Assembly (NCBI GenBank): GCA_964016885.1
Contig: OZ024764.1
Location: 28,830,001 to 28,894,000 of the forward strand
Direction of reading: 5' to 3'
DNA: 64,000 nt
Origin: Eledone cirrhosa
Lineage: Eukaryota
The translations under genes were made by a program, and so were the position numbers. The notes under the pieces were generated by a model. The model saw nothing but the letters and a program-made list of their open reading frames with translations, had not been told where the DNA came from and made no database searches. Position 1 is the stretch's first letter. Each line of letters starts with the position of its first letter. Shown here piece by piece: positions 38,976-53,158 of the stretch.

Positions 38976-41900
38976 TTACATCTGTCTGTGAACTCTTGAA
39001 AAAGCAACATACAATTGTCCAGGGTTAAATACTTGCTCAGAGAGGAACAGACCCACTTTATCATGTATTTGACCATGGTTCTTGTTGATTGTCATGGCAT
39101 ATGACAGTCTTAATGGAAACTGGGGTCTTTCCAAAGTAAAAGGGATGTTGGCACCACTGGGGGATAACTTCAGTCTTGGGATCAAAACACACCTGCCCAT
39201 CAAAGGACCATAGATATGAGAAGCTTTGATAAAATGTTTATGCAGTTCTACTACTTCTAATCTTGTGCCATTACATAATCTGTTCTGGATTGAAATATTC
39301 CATAGAAGCATTATTATTGATCCTGCTTATAATTGGAGTTAGTGAGGCGGCATCCCAGAAGGTGTAAGCAAGTTCATTTAGCTTGAACCAGGCAGCAAGG
39401 GTCCCTGCATTTCTACCACAACCTGAGCATTGCCTCTTTGAAAGTAAACTCTGTTTGTTCTCCAGGTGTGTGGCTAGGCTGTATACTGTATGTGATGTAC
39501 CATGAAGCTTAAATTCCGAGAGACACGACACTGCTTCTGGCTGAGACACATACCTGCAACAAAGATAGGTTCTTATTTCATCATGGTTGTGTTGGTTCTG
39601 AGCCTCATTAGGTAATGCATTATTCGTTACTTCTATAGATGTACAATCATGCCCCATGTAACATATTTAAAGAGGTACTTGACACTTTTTACAGAAGTGC
39701 AAACTTCAACATTAATATGTGCACAATATTTCTTAATCAAAAAGGCATTAAATGGCACAACATTCCTGTTATCTACTGAATGTCATCCAATTTACACTGC
39801 AGTTCCTGTCTTGCACCTCCTGTACTCTGGGTATCCATTTAGGTTCAATAATGTTTCCCTTCTGTAGGTTTTTGGATAGTTCTTTTTGAAAAATCCATTT
39901 TGTATAAATGGGGGAAAAGGGTTTCCAGAACCACATGGCCTGTGGATCATAAACTTTTAAACCTGCTCATGTAGTACTGGATCATCTTCCAATGCAGGTA
40001 TTTCTGCTGACACGATTCTGTCAATGTCTTCTCTGTTTCTTATCTTGTCTTCATTTTTTAAGGCTCAGTGTTATCATCTGTTTAGATAATTCATTAAACC
40101 ATTATACTCATCCACTCACAATTGGGCTTGATTGTTCCTCAAATATTGAAGCCTGCATCCCTCTACTTTCATATAGGCATCCACTAAATACTGCTAAAAT
40201 AATTTACCTGCCCTATATATCGCACTAAATCCTCCTCTATATGCTATACAGTATATGTAATACTCCTGCATTGTCAGTCTATTGCAAACACAGGTCCTAC
40301 ATTCCTCTCCATGGCACTATGCCACCAAAATTCACCATTATCGGTCGGTCATGAGGTCCAAGTGGCATGCATTATGTGGTATTTTCTGAGGAGGATGGTC
40401 TTTAGGAAAGATGATAATATCTCTTTGTACAGGTGGTGTGCCCTCAATCCCCCACAAAACAACAGCTATCATTACTAGTTGGTAAATTAGAGCAGCTCAT
40501 ATCTGATCCTCTTCTAAATCTTAATTCACAGTTCTGTACACGACAATTTTCTCTTCTTGCACTTTGCTGTTTGAGATGAAACAAGATAGCAATGTCCATA
40601 ACATTACATGTCAGAATTATTAGCCACAGGGGCAGAGATGTCCATAACATTACATGTCAGAATTATTAGCCACCGGGGCAGAGATGTCCATAACATTACA
40701 TGTCAGAATTATTAGCCACAGGGGCAGAGATGTCCATAACATTACATGACAGAATTATTAGCCACAGGGGCAGAGATGACCATAACATTACATGACAGAT
40801 TTATTAGCCACAGGTGCAGACATGACCATAACATTACATGACAGAATTATTAACCACAGGGGCAGAGATGACCATAACATTACATGACAATTATTAGCCC
40901 CAGGGGCAGATATGTCCATAACATTACATGACAGAGTTTCATCTCGCGCTCTCTCTCTCTCGTTTCATCTCTGTCTTCCTCTCTCTCATTTCATCTCTGT
41001 CTTCCTCTCTCTCGTTCCATCTCTCTCTTCCTCTCTCTCGTTCCATCTCTCTCTTCCTCTCTCTCGTTTCATCACTCTCTCTCGTTTCATCTCTATTTCT
41101 CTCTCTCGTTTCATCTGTCTCTCTCTCTGTCGTTTCATCTCCCTCTATCTCTCTCTCGCTCTCTCATTTCATCTCTCTCTCCCTCTCGTTTCATCTCGCT
41201 CTCTCTCTCCTGTTTCATCTCGCTCTCTCTCTCCTGTTTCATCTCGCTCTCTCTCTCCTGTTTCATCTCGCTCTCTAGTCTCGTTTCCTCTCTCTCTCAT
41301 TTCATCTCGCTCTCTCTCTCTCATTTCATCTCGCTCTCACTCTCTCTCATTTCATCTCGCTCTCTCTCTCTCATTTCATCTCGCTCTCACTCTCTCATTT
41401 CATCTCGCTCTGACTCTCTCTCATTTCATCTCGCTCTCTCTCTCTCTCGTTTCATCTCGCTCTCTCTCTCTCATTTCATGTCGCTCTCACTCTCTCTCAT
41501 TTCATCTCGCACTCACTCTCTCATTTCATCTCGCTCTCTCTCTCTCTCGTTTCATCTCGCTCTCTCTGTCTCATTTCATCTCGCTCTCTCTCTCTCTCTC
41601 TCTCTCTCGTTTCATCTCGCTCTCTCTCTCGCTCTCTCTCTCTCTCATTTCATCTCATTCTCTCTCTCTCTCGTTTCATCTCGCTCTCATTTCATCTCGC
41701 TCTCTCTCTCTCGTTCCATCTTGCTCTCTCTCTCTCTTCCTCTCTCTCTTGTTTCAACACTCTAATCCCTCACTTGTTTCATCTCTCTCTTGTTTCAATT
41801 CGTTCTCTCTCTCTCTCTCTCTTTCTCTCCCCTCTCTCTTTCTCTCCCCTCTCTCTTTCTCTCCCCTCTCTCTCTTGTTTCATCCCTCACCCTCTTGTTT

Positions 41901-43917
41901 CATCCCCCCTCTCCCTCTTCCTCTCTCTCTCTTCCTCTCTCTCTCTCTTTCTCTCTCTCTCTTCCTCTCTCTCTCTCTTCCTCTCTCTCTCTCTCTTCCT
42001 CTCTCTCTCTCTTTCACACTCTATCTCCGACTCGTTTCATCACTCTCTCCCCTCTCTCCCCTCACCCTCTTGTTTCAACTCTCTCCTCGTTTCAACTCTC
42101 TCTCCTCTCGTTTCAACTCTCTCTCTCTCTCTCCTCTCGTTACAACTCTCTCTCTCTCTCCTCTCGTTTCAACTCTCTCTCTCTTTTCTCGTTTCAACTC
42201 TCTCCTCTCTTGTTTCAACTCTCTCACCTCTCGTTTCAACTCTTTCTCTCTGTGTCTCCAATGTGTAATAAACCGTGACTCATATATATATACCGAAGAA
42301 TGTACATAAACACATACATACACGCATGTGTATATATATATACATACATGTGTCTCTCTCTCTCCCTATATATATGTATATATGTATAAATATGTACATA
42401 CATATTAGTGTATATATATTGCTATCTATATGCATATTTGTATAATTATACTGTATGGTGAATTGGCAGTATCGGTAGAGGGTCTGACGCCATGCTTTCC
42501 AGCATAGTTACGTCCCTTTACGATCCGAGGTTAACTTTGCCTTTCATCCTTACGGGGTCGATAAAATAAAGTACCAGTAATGTACTGGTTAATTGCTGGC
42601 CTTGTGCCTAAAGTAGAAACAATTATTAGTTCAAAGAGAAACCACCATCCTACCTGAAATATTATGTTATCATATTAAATATTTCTTATACTGTCATGTT
42701 TTTTCTTTAAAACGATTGCATCTCAATAAAGTGAAGAAAACTATTATATACTGTTGTTATATCATTATACTTTAGTTTTAACATTTCTATGTGTATAAAT
42801 ATAATGTATGTAAGTGTGTTTGAAAATATATAATAATAATATGCATGTTTGAAGCAGGGTTCAACTTAAATATCTATACCAGTAACTTAATTAGTGTTAC
42901 ACCTTAGGCATAAACTATTTGGCATTCTTTGAAGGAGGTACTAGGTTTTTCGCTGTCTTAAATGGAGTATACACGCGCACACGATGCATATATATAAATT
43001 GTTTTTCTCTGTACAAAGAGATTGACATCATTTCTTAAATCATTATTTAGGGTTTTACAACAAAACATATTGTATGTGTAATTATACAAATTGAATTTAA
43101 GTATTTATTTTAAAATTTTACATACACTTTAGTAGTATATATATATATATTCATTTGTGATGCCATGCATTGTATTGTACACTTCGACATATGGATTATA
43201 TTCATGCAACACCTCTCTTATCATAGCCATTTTTTGTGGTGAGCAGTCATTATTTGTTGGGACTAGGGCAGTGGATTGGCAGTATCGGTAGAGCGTCAGA
43301 CACCATGCTTTGCAGCATAGGGTTATGGCCCTTTACGTTCTGGGTTCAAATCCCTCTAAGGTTGACTTTGTTTTCATCCTTATGAGGTCGATAGAATAAA
43401 GTATCAGTAATTGCTGGCCTTGTGCCAGAAACAATTATTTGGTTGTACTTCCAATCTGTGCTACACACCTTCGTTCCCATCAATAATATATAACTGGCCA
43501 TATTGTGGTGTATTTTCTGCAGGTTACAGAGATGGGTGTGTATTGATATGTTTGACCCTGAATATGAAATCTATACGGGCCTCTGCCGGGTGGTAACACC
43601 AAATGAAGTGAAATAAATGTAGTTTTAATTGCAGATGTTTCTGTGAAATCAACTGCTTCCTGGCCTCTTTCAAAGAGATTTCTCAGTCTCTCAGGGTATA
43701 TTTGCAATGGTGGCAACACTACCTTTCCTTTATTACAACAGTTACAATTTTCATTTCTAAATTTCAAAGCTCCACAGTGATCACACGAAACATTCATATC
43801 ACTAATATGAAATTCTTCTACATTTCCATTAATATTAATTGTTGGCCAATTTCTCTTACGACGCTCATTATCCATTCTTCTCTGTCTGAATGTTTTCCAT
43901 TCTAAGTCTATTTGCAT
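38976..43917 (-). mobile_element. Internally deleted, frameshifted Helitron RepHel, interrupted by a 2.6-kb insertion and a SINE
   Basis: Zn-finger 43480-43917; NLPTSN..RDIII region ~40400-40570; QYLVDAYMKVEGCRL ~40140-40195; IDRIVSAEIP..MIHRPCG..GYPEYRR..DNRNVVPFN..HINVEVC..KYLFKY ~39660-40030; GHD..DEIRTYL..RYVS.PEA 39271-39657; Pif1-like CNGTR..QFPLRLSYAMTINK..GQ..GQLYVAFSRV 38976-39311. Confidence 0.93.
40575..43157. other. 2.6-kb insertion in the Helitron holding one satellite monomer (46-bp block + TC block), a SINE and AT-rich DNA
   Basis: Empty site GCTGTT-TGA-TGCCATG at 55797-55812; filled site flanked by TGA at 40572-40574 and 43158-43160; the right part matches ~21700-23041. Confidence 0.9.
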
Positions 43918-44018
43918 GGAATAATTATATTCTGTTGTTTATTATGTAATTAAATAGCTCTGTACAATACATAGAGCATTCTTCTTTTCTTTACCTTTTC
44001 TATGGAAATACAAGAACA

Positions 44019-44061
<43 letters not shown>

Positions 44062-46606
44062 ACATACATAAACAAGACTGTTATTGCTCCAACCAGTCTA
44101 TTTACCTTTGATAACTATCCTAAATATAAATACACCTATACCATACATACATATATCATATATGTTTTTGATGCCATGGTATAGCAGAGATAAGCAAGAA
44201 GAGAAAAGAAAATGAAAATGAGAAAAAAAAAGAAGTAAGAAGTCGGGGGAGGGACAGACACTTCACCCCAGTCTAAGTGGTCCCTCAGCCGCAACCTGTG
44301 GAAGAAACGTAAAAGCGTTACCTCAGAGCAAGGCCAGAGACACCTGCTACAATAGTCGCCCCTCCTCATGAAGCTCCTGTCGTCTTTCCTCCCGACTTTA
44401 TGGAGGAAATCAGCAGTACAGGGACCAAGTATGGCAGAGGTCTCAATGGAGTGGAAGAGGTGAGTCAGGCCTTGGTACTATCTTACTATCCTCTGCATTG
44501 CGGGGTGTGGAGCCTAGGTTTGTGGCTGTAGCTATATTTGAACTTTTATATGAAATTTCAGTTTTATATTTTTCACATCATAAAACTTAATCTTAGTCTT
44601 TTGCAGCTCATCTTGTTTCATCTCTCAGCACACGATTTGGGAACCACTGCTCTAGAGATAGAAAAAGTATATTTTATGCAGGGCTTCCCTGAGACATAAA
44701 AACTATTTCAAGAGATCGACATGGGTAGAAAGGTTGAGAATGCTGCACAATGTTCTTTGGTTTTTGTTCACCTTTAAATAATCATGTATAAAATATCGGG
44801 TGTGCAAGATTTCATGAAAAGGTATAACATTATTTATGCTGATCTTGCAGGGACTAGCTCCAACTGAGAGTTGTACCAATTCCCACTAAACTCGAAACTC
44901 CTGGACAATATATACATATCTTTATAAGTTCCTGTGTATTGTGTCGCTGTATAATGAAACATAAATATATACCATGCATGTCAGTCAGATTTGAACTCAC
45001 TATATTTGGCGTTTTATAGATATAATTTGTTTGTTAAAACAATTGATTAAATAATAACTAAATAAAATTAATTCTACAATCCTGGATAGGGAATGAACTA
45101 GAAGCCATCTATTCGAGCAGTATTGCCATCTAAGCCACCAGGTTACTTACAGAACTTCATTCAAATATAAAATATAAAATATATGCCAGACATAGTGAGT
45201 TCGAATCTGACTGATTAGTTGGTCATTGTCGCAGCCAACAGTTTAAATCGCCAACCAGTAGGTGACATCGACTAGGTTGGGAAAACTTGGTTAAGTAGCT
45301 CCAGTTATTGCTACGTTAGACATATTCAAGACTTATCGACACTGAATGGAAGAAAGGTAAAGTTGAACTCAGAGTAAAGAACTGGAAAAATACTGCAAAG
45401 AATTCTATCTGATGTTCTAACAATTCTACCAAGTTACCTTATGTATATATATTTATATCTAGTGATAAGAAGAAAACTGAAAGAAAGAAAAGAAAAAAAA
45501 TGAGACCTTATATGTAACCCATGTTACAACTCAATATATATATATTTGGGTTGTAACATATTCCTGCCGGTGAAATAAAAATTTTAATAGAAAAACGGCG
45601 GGAATATATGTTACAACCCAATCTATATATATTTGAGTTGTAACATATATTCCCGCCGTTGAAATAAAAATTTTAATAGAAAAACGGCGGGAATATATGT
45701 TACAATCCAAGCTACATATTTTTGGGTTGTAATATATATTCCCGCCGTTGAAATAAAAATTTTAATAGAAAAACGGCGGGAATATATGTTACAACCCAAC
45801 CTATATATGTTTGGGTTGTAATATATATTCCCGCCGTTTTTATGTTAAAATTTTTATTTCAACGGCGGGAATATATGTTACAACCCAAATATATGTAGAT
45901 TGGGTTGTAACATATATTCCCGCCGTTTTTCTATTAAAATTTTTATTTCAACGGCGGGAATATATGTTACAACCCAAATATATGTAGATTGGGTTGTAAC
46001 ATATATTCCCGCCGTTTTTCTATTAAAATGTTTATTTCAACGGCGGGAATATATGTTAAAACCCAAATATATATAGATTGGGCTGTAACATATATTCCCG
46101 CCGTTTTTCTATTAAAATTTTTATTTCAACGGCGGGAATATATGTTACAACCTAAATATATATAGATTGGGTTGTAACATATATTCCCGCCGTTTTTCTA
46201 TTAAAATTTTTATTTCAACGGCGGGAATATATACCCTGAGAGACTGAGAAATCTCTTTCAAAGAGATTTCTCAGTCTCTCAGGGTATATTTGCAATGGTG
46301 GCAACACAACCTTTCCTTTATTACAACAGTTACAATTTTCATTTCTAAATTTCAAAGCTCCACAGTGATCACACGAAACATTCATATCACTAATATGAAA
46401 TCCTTCTACATTTCCATTAATATTAATTGTTGGCCAATTTCTCTTACGACGCTCATTATCCATTCTTCTCTGTCTGAATGTTTTCCAGTCTAAGTCTATT
46501 TGCATGGAATAATTATATTCTGTTGTTTATTATGTAATTAAATAGCTCTGTACAATACATAGAGCATTCTTCTTTTCTTTACCTTTTCTATGGAAATACA
46601 AGAACA

Positions 46607-46644
<38 letters not shown>

Positions 46645-48120
46645 ATATACATAAACAAGACTGTTATTGCTTCAACCAGTCTATTTACCTTTGATAACTA
46701 TCCTAAATATAAATACACCTATACCATACATACACATATCATATATGTTTTTGATGCCGTGGTATAGCAGAGATAAGCAAGAAGAGAAAAGAAAATGAAA
46801 ATGAGAAAAAAAAAGAAGTAAGAAGTCGGGGGAGGGACAGACACTTCACCCCAGTCTAAGTGGTCCCTCAGCCGCAACCTGTGGAAGAAACGTAAAAGCG
46901 TTACCTCGGAGCAAGGCCAGAGACACCTGCTACAATAGTCGCCCCTCCTCATGAGGCTCCTGTCGTCTTTCCTCCCGACTTTATGGAGGAAATCAGCAGT
47001 ACAGGGACCAAGTATGGCAGAGGTCTCAATGGAGTGGAAGAGGTGAGTCAGGCCTTGGTACTATCTTACTATCCTCTGCATTGCGGGGTGTGGAGCCTAG
47101 GTTTGTGGCTGTAGCTATATTTGAACTTTTATATGAAATTTCAGTTTTATATTTTTCACATCTTAAAACTTAATCTTAGTCTTTTGCAGCTCATCTTGTT
47201 TCATCTCGCAGCACACGATTTGGGAACCACTGCTCTAGAGATAGAAAAAGTATATTTTATGCAGGGCATCCCTGAGACATAAAAACTATTTCAAGAGATC
47301 GACATGGGTAGAAAGGTTGAGAAATGCTGCACAATGTTCTTTGGTTTTTGTTCACCTTTAAATAATCATGTATAAAACATCGGGTGTGCAAGATTTCATG
47401 AAAAGGTATAACATTATTTATGCTGATCTTGCAGGAACTAGCTCCAATTGAGAGTTGTACCAATTCCCACTAAACTCGAAACTCCTGGACAATATATACA
47501 TATCTTTATAAGTTCCTGTGTATTGTGTCGTTGTATAATGAAACATAAATATATACCATGCATGTCAGTCAGATTTGAACTCACTATATTTGGCGTTTTA
47601 TAGATATAATTTGTTTGTTAAAACAATTGATTAAATAATAACTAAATAAAATTAATTCTACAATCCTGGATAGGGAATGAACTTATAACTTCATAATAGA
47701 AGCCATCTATTCGAGCAGTATTGCCATCTAAGCCACCAGGTTACTTACAGAACGTCATTCAAATATAAAATATAAAATATATGCCAGACATAGTGAGTTC
47801 GAATCTGACTGATTAGTTGGTCATTGTCCCAGCCAACAGTTTAAATCGCCAACCAGTAGGTGACATCGACTAGGTTGGGAAAACTTGGTTAAGTAGCTCC
47901 AATTATTGCTACGTTAGACATATTCAAGACTTATCGACACCGAATGGAAGAAAGGTAAAGTTGAACTCAGAGTAAAGAACTGGAAAAATACTGCAAAGAA
48001 TTCTATCTGATGTTCTAACAATTCTACCAAATTACCTTATGTATATATATTTATATCTAGAGATAAGAAGAAAACTGAAAGAAAGAAAAAAAAAAATGAG
48101 ACCTTATATGTAACCCATGA
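43665..48120. repeat. Two-copy version of the 2.7-kb tandem repeat
   Basis: Shared ORFs at 44136 and 46719; one palindromic array between the copies. Confidence 0.95.
45523..46228. repeat. Nested-palindrome 89-bp array, copy 4 (3 forward + 5 inverted)
   Basis: Same unit as 25371; flip point near 45805. Confidence 0.93.
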
Positions 48121-48659
48121 CCGGGATTGAAACCGAAACCAGGACTACCACCATCTCTGGTATCACCCACCAGACCACCATGAAAGATTAAAAAATCTGC
48201 TTTTTTAATCTTTATAACCCTACTTTCAATATTAAAGTAATTAACATGTGGTGTTGTTCATGCCTTTCTCTATGTTATTGGTAAAAAATAAAGTATTTAA
48301 ACCTCAAATTTTGTTATTCAAATATGCTTGCTTATGTAATTATAAATGTCGCAGAATACACACACATATATAGATGTGAAAATATTCAGGACCCCAACGG
48401 CTGTGCTACTGCCGTTTCGACATCTATATATATATCTTTTAGTCCTAGGCTCTTTCAGCGCAGAAAGAATTCTCCAATGATCACAATCAGCTAATGGTGC
48501 CCAGTGGAAGCACTTTTAGTCTAATTATAACCCCAACGATCACGATTAGCGGCGGCTTTTTCGAGTCTGAGGTTGACTGCCAGCTATATATATATATATA
48601 TATTTTTATACTTTGCTAGAATCCCGGAGAACAACAGAAAGATGCTGAGTTCAGAGTTT

Positions 48660-49354
48660 AAAAAACATGTCCCCTTTAATATAAAAACAATCCGAGTCTT
48701 GTAAAAGTGTTATTACTGTAATATAAAGTAGAAACCCTTTATTTAAACAAAGCTGCGATGCAGCGATCATCAAAGCAAACCCCAAAATGTAAACAAACTT
48801 CTCGCAGGTGCTGCCAGATACACGATAACATGTGTATACGAAGTGTAACAGGGAGTTGGGTCGTATTATATGACTTTCAAATTGACCCCTATTATATTCA
48901 AATTATCCGCTGTGGGGCGTGCACCCCACGTTGAGAATCCCTCATAAATAAATATATGTGAGTGTGTTGCTATGACTGCTATTTCTAGCAGGTTTACTGC
49001 AGTCCTGTAGACGCACAACAAAAACCGGAAGTGGCAGCCATTAAAAAACTTTGGCTTAAAATCAGCCAAAAGATTTTCAATAATAGTAAAATTTTATTTT
49101 TGACAAGGACGATAACTTTTGTCTTACTTAATCGCAAAAATCGAGGCAAAAATTTTGAGGGTGTGCAGTTTACACGCTAAAAATAAACCTGCTAGAAATA
49201 GCAGTCATAGCAACTCACTTACATATATTTATATATCATATATATATATATATGATATATATATTGACACTTTAGAAATAGCAGCGAATAACAGAAAGGA
49301 CACACACACATATATATATATATACACACACACACATATATATATATGCCCTAG

Positions 49355-49406
<52 letters not shown>

Positions 49407-50335
49407 TATATATATATGCCCCAGCATACACACACACACACACATATATATACATATATATATATATGCCCCAGCATGGTCTTGGACGATCGTCTAACTA
49501 AGGCCAATAATAAAATACTTCAAAATAAATTAAACACTACTAAATCCGGGGTTACAACTTGGATTACTTAAAAGTCAGTAAAGCTGTAAAGATTCTATAT
49601 TGTAAATAGGTGGTCGCATGTTCGAATCCGGGCAAATCCCGAGAAAAATAACAAAAAGGACAATGTAAAAATAACAGCCATAGACGAGAGGAGGACACAC
49701 ACATATACACACACATGTATATATATATATATGTGTGTCTGTGTATGTGTTTGGCTGCTATATATATATATAGCGGTCAACACACACACACGTACATATA
49801 TAAGGGTGTGTGTTTGGCTGATATATATATATATATATATATATATGATATATAAATATATGTGAGTTGCTATAACTGCTATTTCTAGCAGGTTTATTTT
49901 AGCGTGTAAACTGCACACCCGCAAAATTTTTGCCTCGATTTTTGCGATTAAGTAAGACAAAAGTTATCGTCCTTGTCAAAAATAAAATTTTACTATTATT
50001 GAAAATCTTTTGGCTGATTTTAAGCCAAAGTTTTTTAATGGCTGCCACTTCCGGTTTTTGTTGTGCGTCTACAGGACTGCAGTAAACCTGCTAGAAATAG
50101 CAGTCATAGCAACACACTCACATATTTTTATTTATGAGGGATTCTCAACGTGGGGTGCACGCCACACAGGGGATAATTTGAATATAATAGGGGTCAATTT
50201 GAAAGTCATATAATACGACCAAGCTTCCAGATACACTTCGTATACACATGTTATTTGAAGTTTGTTTTGATCATCGCTGCATCGCAGCTTTGTTTAAATA
50301 TAGGGTTTCTACTTTATATTACAGTAATAAAAGTT
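48660..50335. repeat. Long inverted-repeat element, second copy, with different inner arms and spacer
   Basis: Mirror ORFs 48866-49069(-)/50010-50213(+) and 49119(+)/49960(-). Confidence 0.9.
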
Positions 50336-50466
50336 TTACTTCGTCTACACATGTTATCGTGTATCCGGCAGCACCTATGGGCTGTTTGTTTATACTTTGG
50401 TGTTTATTTTGATCATCGCCTCATCGCAGGTTTGTTTAATTAAAGGTTGCGAGGGGGATCACTGAC

Positions 50467-50540
<74 letters not shown>

Positions 50541-50629
50541 AAGACACACACATATATATACATACACGCAGACATACACCTGTGTGTATGTGTATGTTCG
50601 TGTGTGCGTGTCTTTGGCTGCTCTCTCTC

Positions 50630-50686
<57 letters not shown>

Positions 50687-53158
50687 GTGTATATATATAC
50701 AGACACACACTGTTGTTTCTTGATTTTTAGCTGCTGTTTCTAAAGTGTCTATTAATATATGCTAGAAATAGCAGTCAAGGGAACATTTACGTATATATAT
50801 GTAAGGACAGTGACACCTGCTGCAACAGGCATCCAACCTCGTGGGACTCCATCCTCAGACGGGCCACAGACACTGCGATGTTGCGGAGGAGCTCGGCTGT
50901 AATGGGTCCAAGTTGGCCCGGGGTCTCGACGGCGGCTGGTGCTTAGAAGAGGCTCCAGGACAAACACCGGAATTTGTTTATTTTATGTTCATCTGCGAGA
51001 CGGGCAGCGATGCTGGGGTTTGTGGATCTACCTCCTTCGAATGGGAAGAGGGTGATTCCCTCGCGGTGCTTGCCATCTCCGCGGCCTAGGCCTGCTGGCT
51101 CCAGTTGAGATGGAAATTCAGCTGCGTCCAGGCTTCTTCTCACTATGTCGTTGAGAGCATTTATGTGGCTCACACACGCGGAGGCCAAGGCGTTGGGCTA
51201 CTCCGATGCGAGTTCAATCATCATCAAGAATTTATTTGAATTGAAAGGTCACTAAACTAATATAGGAGTGTCATTTAAAAATAAGGTAAACAGAAATAGT
51301 TACACCGGTAACATAATTACTGTTACACCGGTAGTTCACTAACAATTCATTTCACGTTCCTCTCTAACAGGTAATGTTTTAATTTGCTCTCCATGTTGGG
51401 GAGTAACTGTAGTTTGGCTTGCTAGGGGGTCATACATCTTCATACACACATACTATATATATATATACAAAGGAAAGGAAGATAAACAAATATCAGAGGA
51501 TTTGACCGGCTTCTTCCTCTTGGCACCTGTAGCCACCATGACGTATAAGTATAAATACATATCTATCTATCTATATATATATCATCATTTTCATTTTACG
51601 TCTGCTTTTCCCTGTTTGCAAGGGTGGGGCATATATATATATATCATCATCATTATACATCCACTTTTCCCCGCTTGGCAGCACCTACGAGAAGTTTGTT
51701 TTGATCATCGCTGCATCGTAGCTTTGTTTAAATAAAGGGTTTCTACTTTATATTACAGTAATAATACTTTCAGAATACTCGGATTGTTTTTATATTAAAG
51801 GGGAACATAAACATATTTTAGAGGAGGGGTGTGGAACAGAAAAGTTTGGCGACCACTGATACACACACACATTTATTTACTATATATATAATATATACAT
51901 ATATATGTCTGTGTGTGTATACTATATATATATATATATGTACAGGGAGGTCGAAGCATTTCAGAATTTTTCTAGGCGGCGGGGGGGGGGGTGCAAATCC
52001 CCCTCTTTATATCAATTAGCACACACTCTCTCCCTCTCTATATCTACTACACGGCACTCTCTTCCAATACCCCTCTCTATATGAAGTAACACCAAACTCT
52101 CCCCCTCTCTATATATTAAGCACTAAGTCAGGAATTTTTTTCTTCTTTCGTGCAGAGAGAGTAAAGTTGATTAAATCTACTGCAGTGAATTACTGGTATT
52201 TTATTTAATAAAAATTAAAATTTACTATTTGTCTTCGTTTAATTTTCGTTTTTCTTTACATAGTTTCGTTTCGTTAAATGTCTCCAGAATTTGTTTTTAC
52301 TTTTACCGGATATTGAAGGTGTAAACTTGGTGTTGTCTAGAAACGTGTTAGAAATATTTTTCTTTTAATTGTGAAGAATTTAACCGCAAAGTAAGTTTTT
52401 TTTACTGTTTATTTGTGGCTGGGACAACGTATGGTATGTGTTAATGTAAATGGTGAAGGTTTAAAGATTCTTTTTACAACTGAAAATCAGTTTGTTGTTG
52501 CTGCTAATTACTTAACGCATGGAATAGATTAAAAAAATACAGGATTGTTTCTCGGAAGAGAGAAAGAAGGAACAAAACAAATCACAGAAGCGGGTAGCAC
52601 ACACATTTGGGACCACATACAACACAAAAACAGGTAATGCACACATCTGGGACCACATACAACACACCAGCAGGTAATACATACATCTAGGACCACATAA
52701 GCAGGTAATACACACATCTAGGACCACATACAACACACAAGCAGGTAATACACACATCTAGGACGACATACAACCAAAGGCAGGCGAAAGGGGTGGACAA
52801 ACGAGCTGCTACTAGAGCAAAAGATAACAGTATCGCGAGGAGCACTGGGAAACCTCTCTAATGATTTTTTAGGCAAGCCAGCACGTCTGCAGCGTTACCT
52901 CGGGCGATGGCGAGGCTGAGGAGCTGGAACAACCAAGTGCCCTCACGAGCTTCACCAGTCACCTTCGTCAGGCTAGCCGCCAGTGAAGATAGGAATCTCG
53001 CAGTCAGTATCCCGACTCCCCCAAACGCCTCAGGCTGGAAAATGTAGTTGGCCGACAGATCACAGTATTACTTAACTGTGATAGATATTCTGTCTAAAGG
53101 AGGGGCGTGCAACAGGCGGCCCGCGGGCCACAATCGAGCCCACCTTAATACTTCTGTT

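Noticed and set aside
40575-43157. 2.6-kb insert as a TIR transposon with a TGA target duplication
   Set aside because: Ends share only weak similarity (GAGATGAA versus CAAATGAA); TGA may be microhomology
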